Positions 1 to 6,891 of a stretch of DNA of 32,000 nt are shown one piece after another. Under the pieces are notes generated by a model that had not been told where the DNA came from, did not search any database, and saw nothing but the letters and a program-made list of their open reading frames with translations. The DNA comes from Pyrobaculum calidifontis JCM 11548 (GTDB lineage: Archaea > Thermoproteota > Thermoprotei > Thermoproteales > Thermoproteaceae): positions 90,001-122,000 of the forward strand of contig NC_009073.1 in NCBI RefSeq assembly GCF_000015805.1, in the 5' to 3' direction. The translations under genes and the position numbers were made by a program. Numbering within the stretch: the stretch's first letter is position 1; every line of letters begins with the position of its first letter.

Positions 1-228
1 CGACTGGGGATAAAGGCATGGCCCACATACGCCAACTTCATCTTAGTCAAGGGCCCCCCTGGCCTCGCCGCCGTGCTGAGGGAGTACGGCGTGTGGGTGA
101 GAGACGAGGAGCAGAGGCTGGGCCCCGGCCACGTGCGAATAACAGTGGGCACGCCTGAGATAAACGCCCAGCTCGTCAGAACGCTGAAGACTGTGCTTAA
201 AGCTTCTCTACCTCAGCCGTCAGCTTAG
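1..228 (+). CDS. hisC: C-terminal fragment of a class I/II PLP aminotransferase, most like histidinol-phosphate aminotransferase (5' end outside window)
   Basis: Frame 1 is open from base 1. Translation ...ANFILVKGPPGLAAVLREYGVWVRDEEQRLGPGHVRITVGTPEINAQLVRTLKTVLKAS..., stop TAG 226-228. The ANF(I/V)LVK ... VRD ... (I/L)RITVGTPEEN pattern is typical of HisC C-termini. Confidence 0.6.
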   Translation, partial: RLGIKAWPTYANFILVKGPPGLAAVLREYGVWVRDEEQRLGPGHVRITVGTPEINAQLVRTLKTVLKASLPQPSA

Positions 229-2779
229 CCAGCCTCCTCCGCCTAATAAACCAGACGAGAAACGCGGCGCCGGCCGCCCCGCCCCCTACAGCCACCAGGG
301 GGACCGGGTCTAGGCTCCACACAGCCTCAAAAGTGGTAGACGCGACGACAACGGGCATCTGTGGATAGTTGTAGACGGTGCCAGTGGCCTTGTCCCGCCA
401 GCCGGCGAACACCCAGTGCAAAGGCGGCGGGGACCAGACGTCCATGGGCGTGGGCACGACGCCGGCCACGCCGCCCTCGTCTACCCACATCTGTGGGGGC
501 ACTTGGCCGTAGGCCGAGGTGAAGTAGACGAGGTACTGCCTCTTCGTGGTGTACGTTATATTCAGCGGTCTGTCCACCCGCACTACCAGCGGCACCTGCG
601 AGCCGGCGGGTCGCCCGTTTATGACCCACTGGGCGAGCACTGTGCGGACGTTGCCCCTGGACTCTATGGGCGTGGGGATAGACACAGTGACGTTGGCCCC
701 CCTCTCCACCCACGTGGCGTTAGGCGGATTGGCCACGTATGCCGGCGGCGCCGTCCACACTCTGTACTGAACCACGTACTTCGGCCTAAGCGAGAGCGGG
801 CCTTGCACAGTCCGCACAACCTCAAGCGCCCGCTCCTCAGGCGTAAACTCCAGCCCAGCCCACCCCACAAAGGCCAGCCTAGTCCCATTCCTAAAGTCGT
901 AGAACTCAGGCGCCTTAAACACCACGGTAGACCCCACGTCGGCCCACAGCTGCGTAGAGCCGTTGACAGAGGCAGGCCAGGAGGTGGAGACCAGGGCCTG
1001 CGGCACGTACACCCCCTGCGCGGAGACCGGGTAGGCGGAGACCTCGGGCGCGGGGCCGGAGGCCACCACGTTCCCAGAGCCGTCGAAGACCACCACTAGG
1101 TCGAGCCTAAGCCTAGCAGTGGCGTTTATCTGGACGTACGGCGGTAGCTCCACCCTGTAAACTGCCTTAACGGACACCGGCTTATCCACGTTCACCGTCA
1201 GAGAGGGCGTCGGCACGTCCAGCCTCCTCCCATCCACCACCCAGCCCACCAGCCGCAAGACGCCGGTCGACACAGGCGAGTTGTAGACGGGGATCTCCAC
1301 CCTAGGCTCGGCGTAAAACGCCGCAGGGCCGCTAGCCCAGGCCGGCCCTCTGACAAGGCCCGCGGGCTCCACAGAGATGCGGTACTCCAAGGCGTACCGC
1401 ACTGGCACATGCTCCGCCAAGTCGCCAGTGACCTCGAGCGTGACGTTCCTCAGAGGCCTACACCTCACGTCTCCAAGGTACTTAAACTGGGGCTCCACCG
1501 ATATCTTGCTTACTGGCACCAACACGTCCTGCGCCCCAGACACCGAGTAGGCGTAGACGGCCTCGCCTGCCCTCACCACAACGTCCACCGGGAGGCATTG
1601 CTGTGGCGCGTCGGGGACAATTCTAACGCTGGCAAGTCTAACCGGCGTGACGGAGTCCCAAGTCTCGTAGGCGAGGGCCCTCCCGTTAAACGACGCGGCA
1701 AGAGAAGTGACCGGCCTGCCCGCGGAGATCCGCGCCACCTCCCTCCCCTCTTTAAACACCACTACGTGTCCCCCGAGAGTTCCCACGGCGACTATAGACC
1801 CGTCCCCCGAGGAGTAGACGGAGAGCGGGGGAGCGGGGAGGGGAGCCCTCCACGCGACGGACCCCCTCCTAATGGCCACAAGCTCGCCGAAGGTCCCCAC
1901 GAAGACCCACTCCCCATTCTGACTAACGGCAAAGGGCACCCGAGGCGTGTCAATGCCGTACTCCACTGCGACGGCGGGAGCAAACTCTAGCCCATACGGC
2001 GCCACGTACACCTTCGGCACATCGACCTTGGAAAAACACGCCGCCACAGGCGAGCCGTCCAAAAGCACAGCCAGACCAAGCACAGAGCCCGGACAAGAGA
2101 AGACCTTGGACACGGAGGAGCCCTCCACTTTGTACACCTCGCCCCCCATGGTGCCCGCATACAGCGCGCCGCCGTCCCGCGAATAGGCCAGCGCAGTCAC
2201 CGGCGACGGGAGAGAGGCCTTAGAGACAACTTTCCCATTCCTCAGCACGTACACCTCACCCCCCATAGTGCCCACAGCCACGTCCACACAGTTTGTGGCC
2301 ACTGCGGTGGCGTTTACCTGCGGCCCGAGGGAGGTGGCCCACAGAGGGTAGCCATAGGGCGTGTGCAGAGAGACAAGAGTCGACTTGTACACCCCCGCCA
2401 AGGCCACCGGGGGCAACGGAAGCGTGAGGTTGAGTATAATAGGAACAGTCTTCGACGTAAGCGAGACGCCGTACTGCCTCAACGCATTTATCAAGTCGTC
2501 TGATAGCGTGGCTGTTGTGGGTATCGATATCGTGACGGCAACCCCCTGCGTCTGCGTGTAGTAGACGTACGGCCTATTCGCCACAGCGAAGCACTTGCCC
2601 ACCGCGTCGGTGGCCACGAGCGGGAAAACCGCGTCTAGAGAAAACAGCGAAGCCCCATCTGCGCCGAGAACTCTGACCGCGCCGGGGGACGCCCAGTAGA
2701 AGGTGTCCAGCGCCTCCGTGGGCAAGACGTAGGCAAGGCCCACAGCCGCCAAGACCAGAACCACAAGAAGAAGTCTCAT
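197..2779 (-). CDS. Large secreted/membrane-anchored surface protein: beta-propeller-like repeats plus repeated beta domains and a C-terminal TM anchor
   Basis: 860-aa ORF with ATG at 2779. TATA-like AAATTTATATAC at 2796-2807. Signal-like N-terminus MRLLLVVLVLAAVGLAYV. Four ~40-aa blades with GT(M/L/F)GGEVY-type motifs. C-terminal repeats with (F/V)xGW motifs (LRLVGWVVDG, LAFVGWAG, WVFAGWRD). C-terminal TM plus basic tail (AAGAAFLVWFIRRRRL). Nine N-x-S/T sequons. Confidence 0.85.
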   Translation of the reverse strand: MRLLLVVLVLAAVGLAYVLPTEALDTFYWASPGAVRVLGADGASLFSLDAVFPLVATDAVGKCFAVANRPYVYYTQTQGVAVTISIPTTATLSDDLINALRQYGVSLTSKTVPIILNLTLPLPPVALAGVYKSTLVSLHTPYGYPLWATSLGPQVNATAVATNCVDVAVGTMGGEVYVLRNGKVVSKASLPSPVTALAYSRDGGALYAGTMGGEVYKVEGSSVSKVFSCPGSVLGLAVLLDGSPVAACFSKVDVPKVYVAPYGLEFAPAVAVEYGIDTPRVPFAVSQNGEWVFVGTFGELVAIRRGSVAWRAPLPAPPLSVYSSGDGSIVAVGTLGGHVVVFKEGREVARISAGRPVTSLAASFNGRALAYETWDSVTPVRLASVRIVPDAPQQCLPVDVVVRAGEAVYAYSVSGAQDVLVPVSKISVEPQFKYLGDVRCRPLRNVTLEVTGDLAEHVPVRYALEYRISVEPAGLVRGPAWASGPAAFYAEPRVEIPVYNSPVSTGVLRLVGWVVDGRRLDVPTPSLTVNVDKPVSVKAVYRVELPPYVQINATARLRLDLVVVFDGSGNVVASGPAPEVSAYPVSAQGVYVPQALVSTSWPASVNGSTQLWADVGSTVVFKAPEFYDFRNGTRLAFVGWAGLEFTPEERALEVVRTVQGPLSLRPKYVVQYRVWTAPPAYVANPPNATWVERGANVTVSIPTPIESRGNVRTVLAQWVINGRPAGSQVPLVVRVDRPLNITYTTKRQYLVYFTSAYGQVPPQMWVDEGGVAGVVPTPMDVWSPPPLHWVFAGWRDKATGTVYNYPQMPVVVASTTFEAVWSLDPVPLVAVGGGAAGAAFLVWFIRRRRLAKLTAEVEKL

Positions 2780-2868
2780 AGGAGCCCCAACTCACAAATT
2801 TATATACGCTACGGTGTGCAACGCCAGGGACAACGCCGCCTAGACCACTAAAGACACGTTAGCCCTCC

Positions 2869-3057
2869 TCATAAGCTCCCTAAAATCCTCGAGGTCAAGC
2901 CCGGCGAAAAAGCCGCCCGCCTAATATCCCCCGTCTCAATATAGTAAAGGAGGGCCGCCTTAAGCCGGGGAGGCAGACTCTCAATAAACGCCCAATCCGC
3001 GTACCGCTTTCTAGCCTCTTTCTCGGCCTCAACCCATTTTTCCAATGACAAAGACAA
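2869..3057 (-). CDS. Small hypothetical protein, possible truncated HTH/antitoxin-like protein (see T5-run finding)
   Basis: 62-aa ORF MSLSLEKWVEAEKEARKRYADWAFIESLPPRLKAALLYYIETGDIRRAA... Weak TATA-like TTTTTACA about 20-30 nt upstream on the minus strand. Divergent from the PaREP1 pseudogene. Confidence 0.45.
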   Translation of the reverse strand: MSLSLEKWVEAEKEARKRYADWAFIESLPPRLKAALLYYIETGDIRRAAFSPGLTSRILGSL

Positions 3058-3097
3058 ATTAAGAATGTAAGTTGTAAAAACGCCAATGGAACTGGCA

Positions 3098-3111
3098 ATT
3101 GGGCGCCCAAT
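3098..3111. promoter_or_regulatory. Perfect 14-bp palindrome ATTGGGCGCCCAAT in a divergent intergenic region (candidate operator)
   Basis: Read directly: attgggc|gcccaat. It lies between the minus-strand start at 3057 and the plus-strand ATG at 3136. Confidence 0.4.
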
Positions 3112-3135
3112 CCCCTAAGCCCTCCTCTGCAGATT

Positions 3136-3633
3136 ATGCTTCTGCCCGCCTTCTTGAGGCGGTTGGCGGAGGCCAAGCGGGCGTTGGAGTTCCTACGCCG
3201 AGACTTAACACGCAACACGGCTGGTAAGGCCCTCCAAGCGTGGAGAGCCGCCCTAGCCGCTTTGCTTAGGCTGTAGCTGGACAAGCTCAAGACCCTGGCC
3301 AAGACGGAGGAAGAGCTGCGTTGGCTAGAAGAGAGGGCAGTCTTCCTTGTCCCCACTACTAAGATGGTGCCCCTCTCCCAGCTGTTGGAAGAGGCGGGGC
3401 ACGAAGGCGTCTTGTCGGACACAAGCCTCGCGCTAGACCTCCACGACTATCAATGCCACGGGCCCGACCCCGACATGGCGTTGAGCAAGTACAGGACGAG
3501 GGAGGAGGCCGCCGCGGCCGTCAAGGTCTTGCTGAGGCGCGTGGCTGCGCGCATAGGCGAGGCCCGCCCCCGCTCGGCGGAGGTAGAAAAGGCGATGAAG
3601 AAGCTAGAGGAGGAGCTGAGCCGCGTCGCCTAG
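3136..3633 (+). pseudogene. PaREP1-family gene interrupted by an in-frame TAG (3274-3276)
   Basis: ATG 3136 is in the same frame as ORF 3364-3633. Translation MLLPAFLRRLAEAKRALEFLRRDLTRNTAGKALQAWRAALAALLRL*LDKLKTLAKTEEELRWLEERAVFLVPTTKMVPLSQLLEEAGHEGVLSDTSLALDLHDYQCHGPDPD... It shares the AG(K/R)AxQAWxAxLAAL and AL(D/N)LH(D/E)YQxxGPD motifs with the intact paralog at 25909-26409. Confidence 0.75.
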
Positions 3634-4565
3634 AGGGGGAGGGGCGTGAGCTCCCTAGACGCCTCGATTAGCCACACCCCCAGCTCCCTCGCCTTCTCAA
3701 CCGCCTCCGGCGACGCGTCCATGCAGTAGAACACCTTGACCACCCGCCCCTGGAACTTCTCGGGCCACATCCTCACAGCCTCCTCCACCCTAGCCACAAG
3801 CCTCTCCACAGCCCCGGCGCTAGCCCTAAGCTTCACCTCGCCCACCACGGTCACGCCCCCCGCCGCGCAGTACACGTCAAACTCGTACTCCCCATCCAAG
3901 CGGAGCCTAGACGCCCTGCACAACACACCCCGCTGCTTCAAAAACCACACCACATAGTCACGAGCCACCTCCTCCAAAGACAAAGCAATGTCCTCCACCT
4001 GCTCCTTAGTAGCCATCTTATTCTCCAGCCGCCTTATATCCTCCTTAGTGGCAAAGCGTTCCAAGTCCTCCTTCGTCGCAAATTTTTGCAAGTCTTCCTT
4101 CGTCGCCATTCTAGCCTCTAAGGCTTTTAAATCCTCCTTAGTAGCCATACTCTCCTCCAGGCGCCTTACCTCTTCCCTCACCACCGCCACGTCTTCCCTT
4201 GTGGCAAATCGCTGTAGATCCTCTTTAGTGGCGAAACGCTCCAAGTCCTCCTTTGTGGCCATTCTGGCCTCTAGGGCCTTGATGTCGTCTTTTGTCGCCA
4301 TGCGGGCTTCCAAGGCCCTTAAGTCTTCTTTAGTCGCCATTTTTGTCTCCAACATCTTGATGTCCTCTTTCGTGGCCACGTTTAGCGGTATTGTGATCAT
4401 AGCCGCCAGCTCGGCGGCAAGCCTAGCCCTAGCCCTCGGGCTCCTCAGCAGGGTCTCCACAAGCTCCTCAGCCCCACTATCGCCAATAGCCTCTAGCAGA
4501 ACCCCTCTGAGAAACTCCCTATCCTCCTCCGCCAGCCGCTTGAGAAGTCTCTTAAACTCCTCCAC
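3630..4565 (-). CDS. Coiled-coil (ATKEDL-repeat) protein with C-terminal PD-(D/E)XK nuclease-like domain (DUF3782/DUF1626-like Pyrobaculum family)
   Basis: The ORF track gives 3630-4613 (TTG start). A TATA box CTATAAAGTTATTTTTATAC lies inside that extension (about 4578-4601). A GTG at 4565 sits ~25 nt downstream and gives (M)EEFKRLLKRLAEEDREF, which aligns with MEFAQLKAAILKLLREDEEF of the paralog at 12751. The C-terminus carries FDVY...VVGEVK (D...ExK). Confidence 0.8.
   Translation of the reverse strand: MEEFKRLLKRLAEEDREFLRGVLLEAIGDSGAEELVETLLRSPRARARLAAELAAMITIPLNVATKEDIKMLETKMATKEDLRALEARMATKDDIKALEARMATKEDLERFATKEDLQRFATREDVAVVREEVRRLEESMATKEDLKALEARMATKEDLQKFATKEDLERFATKEDIRRLENKMATKEQVEDIALSLEEVARDYVVWFLKQRGVLCRASRLRLDGEYEFDVYCAAGGVTVVGEVKLRASAGAVERLVARVEEAVRMWPEKFQGRVVKVFYCMDASPEAVEKARELGVWLIEASRELTPLPL
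3987..4376 (-). repeat. In-frame coding tandem repeat: 11 ATK(E/D)D(L/I)-type units of 9 or 13 codons
   Basis: Protein residues ~80-209: ATKEDIKMLETKM ATKEDLRALEARM ATKDDIKALEARM ATKEDLERF ATKEDLQRF ATREDV... ATKEDLKALEARM ATKEDLQKF ATKEDLERF ATKEDIRRLENKM ATKEQV. The DNA shows repeated tcctccttagtggc / tcctccttcgtcgc motifs. Confidence 0.9.
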
Positions 4566-4690
4566 AACACTTACGAGAGGTATAAAAATAACTTTATAGC
4601 CACTGGAGATCAAGCCCGATTACGGCGAAGCCGCCAGGTGCTCGTAGCGACATATAACGCAGGGCATAAATTACTACCCCATGTAGCGAC

Positions 4691-5044
4691 GTGGCACGGC
4701 GAGGAAGCGGACGGATAACGTGGGGCGACGTGAGGCGGGGCATAGTGTGGTTCTTCGTTACTATCTTCTTCGCCGCGTTTACCTGGTTTATTGTAACGGC
4801 CTTCTTCAATTACTACTACACGCTTAATGTGACGCAGTATGTAGTCAACTTCCTTGATCGCCTCGTCGGCCAAGGCCTCGCCCTTAATTACACATGCAGT
4901 GCAAGCCCCTGTAGAATCGACCTAGGCCCAGGTGACAAGGTGCTGAACTTCACCGTAGAGAACCCCACCTCGTCGCCACTGGTTGTACTACTAAGAGGGG
5001 AAGGCGGAGCCGTTGCAACCGCCGCTGTGCACGGTTCAAACTGA
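4691..5044 (+). CDS. Cassette copy A, fragment 1/3: N-terminal TM helix plus extracellular domain of an uncharacterised membrane protein
   Basis: GTG 4691 lies ~22 nt downstream of TATA-like CATAAATTA (4665-4673). Homologous to the N-terminus of 6892-8007 (VLNFTVENPTSSPLVVLL vs VLNIAVDNPSVYPLVLLA, conserved Cys pair). The frame ends at TGA 5042 while homology continues in another frame. Confidence 0.7.
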   Translation: MARRGSGRITWGDVRRGIVWFFVTIFFAAFTWFIVTAFFNYYYTLNVTQYVVNFLDRLVGQGLALNYTCSASPCRIDLGPGDKVLNFTVENPTSSPLVVLLRGEGGAVATAAVHGSN

Positions 5045-5094
5045 TAATACGTTTCACAAAGTCTCTTGAGGCAGAGTTTTATCCAACAAATGCG

Positions 5095-5622
5095 TTGACC
5101 ATCGTCAATCCCACGGAAATAGGGGTAAACGAATCCACGACTGCAGAAGTGGAGGTGGTGCCCCTCTTAAGCGTTAACACCTTCTTACTTGTGACCTCTA
5201 CCGTTATAGGCGTTTTAACTTCATCGCTTGTATACAACCACATAGCCAAAAAACCTCTCGCAAAGATCTACAACGGGGGACCGATAAGGTGGGGTATTAT
5301 ATTGATAATGACGCCACTACTGTTCTTTATCACTGGTTACATTGTAGTATATTTTACGAGAGCACATGACGTGAGACTACTTCTGGCATATCTATTAATT
5401 AAAATGCTCTACCCGCTCATGTTTATATACGGCAAGCTCTTTGTACTAAAAAGTGGGCTCTCCCTACACGCAAAAGCTAGCGTCTTCCATATTGTAGATA
5501 TATCTTGGGTGCTCTGGATTGTTCACTGGGCCTTTGACCCCCTAACCGCCCTCTCCTTCATGGGACAGAATAATACAGCCAGCTGCAAGTCTCGCATTTC
5601 TTATCATTACTCACAGTATTAA
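5095..5622 (+). CDS. Cassette copy A, fragment 2/3: polytopic TM core (frame is open from ~5035)
   Basis: Aligns with the central part of 6892-8007: HIAKKPLAKIYNG vs HFAKKPLAKMYHE, and VHWAFDPLT is identical. This segment is markedly AT-rich compared with its flanks. Confidence 0.7.
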   Translation: MTIVNPTEIGVNESTTAEVEVVPLLSVNTFLLVTSTVIGVLTSSLVYNHIAKKPLAKIYNGGPIRWGIILIMTPLLFFITGYIVVYFTRAHDVRLLLAYLLIKMLYPLMFIYGKLFVLKSGLSLHAKASVFHIVDISWVLWIVHWAFDPLTALSFMGQNNTASCKSRISYHYSQY

Positions 5623-5651
5623 TCTCTGCCACTCCATTTGTCTTACCATTA

Positions 5652-6278
5652 ATGCTCCCCCTATTTAGGCTCAGGACGCTACTCCTCTTCATGCCCTTCG
5701 CTCTCAACTACGAGCTGGCGGCGAGGGAGGAGTTCTGCAGGCGGACACGGAGCCGTCTCGTCGCCGTGGCGCTTGAGGCAGAGGGGAGGGTCTACAGGGG
5801 CGTGGTGACGGCCTGCGACGGGGACGTGGTAGTCGTAGAGGGCAAGGAGGGGGAGTACGTGGTGCCGTGGAGCAAGGTGGACCACGTGCTGGAGGCCAGG
5901 GAGGTGGCAGACCTCGGGAGGGGCGAGGCCAAGGCCCTGCTGAAGAGGGCTGGGAGGGGAAGCGTCGTGGTTGTGCATAGGGGAGGCGCCGCGCCATACC
6001 TCTACATATGCGCCGAGGGGAGGGACTGCGAAATAGCCTTCGAGGGGAGACTTCCCGTTGCCGGCGGAGAGGCCGTGGGGCGGGGAAGCGCCGTGGTGAA
6101 GTGCGGCGGCAAGAAGGTGCGCCTAGACGCGGCGCCAGGCGACGCGGCGGAGGGCACAGCCCACTACACATGCCCCACGAGATTCAAAGTCGCCGTGGTG
6201 GCCCTTGGCCCCACCCGCGTAGAGCCAAGAGGGTGCTGGCCAGCAGAGGAGTCGCCCTACGTCATAGAAAAGGCGTAG
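5652..6278 (+). CDS. Cassette copy A, fragment 3/3: last TM helix plus ~190-aa cytoplasmic beta-rich / Cys-containing tail (frame is open from 5574)
   Basis: LPLFRLRTLLLFMPFALNYELAAREEF aligns with LPFFRLRTLLLLVPFALNAELAARREL of copy B. GRVYRGVVTACDGDVVVVEGKEGEYVVPWSKVDHV aligns with copy B across its frameshift. Confidence 0.75.
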   Translation: MLPLFRLRTLLLFMPFALNYELAAREEFCRRTRSRLVAVALEAEGRVYRGVVTACDGDVVVVEGKEGEYVVPWSKVDHVLEAREVADLGRGEAKALLKRAGRGSVVVVHRGGAAPYLYICAEGRDCEIAFEGRLPVAGGEAVGRGSAVVKCGGKKVRLDAAPGDAAEGTAHYTCPTRFKVAVVALGPTRVEPRGCWPAEESPYVIEKA

Positions 6279-6355
6279 AGCGGCAGAGGAGTCGATATAC
6301 CGTTAAAGCTTATGAGCCCCCTCGTGGTATAAGCCACTACTCTATAGTGTCAGGA

Positions 6356-6724
6356 TTATTTAGGTTGTACAGTGGCTGTGAATAGGGCGACTGCGCCGTT
6401 GCCAAGGATCACGCGGCCAGAAACCACTTGGCCTGGGGTAAGCTCCACGTCTATCTTGCCCTTAATAGTGTCGGGCCCTGTAACGACTTTTGTCAAAGGT
6501 TTCTGGATGCCGGCGATTTCCACGCTGAGAACCTCTACTCGGCCCACGACCTGCGGCACCACCTTCAGCTCAAACGACCCGTCCTCGTACACCTTTGCCT
6601 CTTGCACTACCAATACCCCGCTTGGTTGCCTAGCTGTTGCAAATGCGGTATAGATGTAGCCGCCTACGGCGATTGCCACCACCAACACTAATGCCAGTAT
6701 TACCGCGACTTCAAGAGATGTCAT
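6356..6724 (-). CDS. Type-IV-pilin-like small protein (copy A), with no leader peptide
   Basis: 122 aa, MTSLEVAVILALVLVVAIAVGGYIYTAF... Paralog of 8585-9031, sharing the N-terminal helix and the C-terminal GQV(V/L)SGRV(I/V)L..GAVA.FTATV. An in-frame TAA lies 8 codons upstream with no alternative start. Confidence 0.8.
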   Translation of the reverse strand: MTSLEVAVILALVLVVAIAVGGYIYTAFATARQPSGVLVVQEAKVYEDGSFELKVVPQVVGRVEVLSVEIAGIQKPLTKVVTGPDTIKGKIDVELTPGQVVSGRVILGNGAVALFTATVQPK

Positions 6725-6891
6725 ATACCGTTCAACGTACCCTACTTAAGTGTTTTTCGCATAATTACGGCGGACGCCCCACCCTGTCGATGCCCAGCGC
6801 CGCTAAAAGATCTAAAGAGCTGTAGCCCATGGGAAATGCCCGGGATGTCGCCACCGTCACATAGTTATAAAATCTCGTGGCAACGTTACCC

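Noticed and set aside
2895-3422. 175-aa minus-strand ORF spanning the 62-aa gene, the intergenic palindrome and the 5' half of the PaREP1 gene
   Set aside because: It is Ser/Arg/Leu-rich with no motif. It runs antisense to a region that translates into a recognisable PaREP1 N-terminus and crosses an obvious promoter region.
3987-4376. Repetitive DNA that could be mistaken for a CRISPR array or satellite
   Set aside because: The units are 27 and 39 nt, contiguous without spacers, and maintain one reading frame encoding ATKEDL-type heptads. It is a coding tandem repeat.
6295-6732. 10-bp direct repeat ATATACCGTT (6295-6304 and 6723-6732) flanking the inverted pilin-like gene, as a possible footprint of site-specific inversion or insertion
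   Set aside because: A direct repeat would not mediate inversion. In 32 kb, exact 10-mers recurring within ~450 nt are expected several times by chance (about 1.4e7 position pairs against about 1e6 possible 10-mers). No recombinase gene is nearby.
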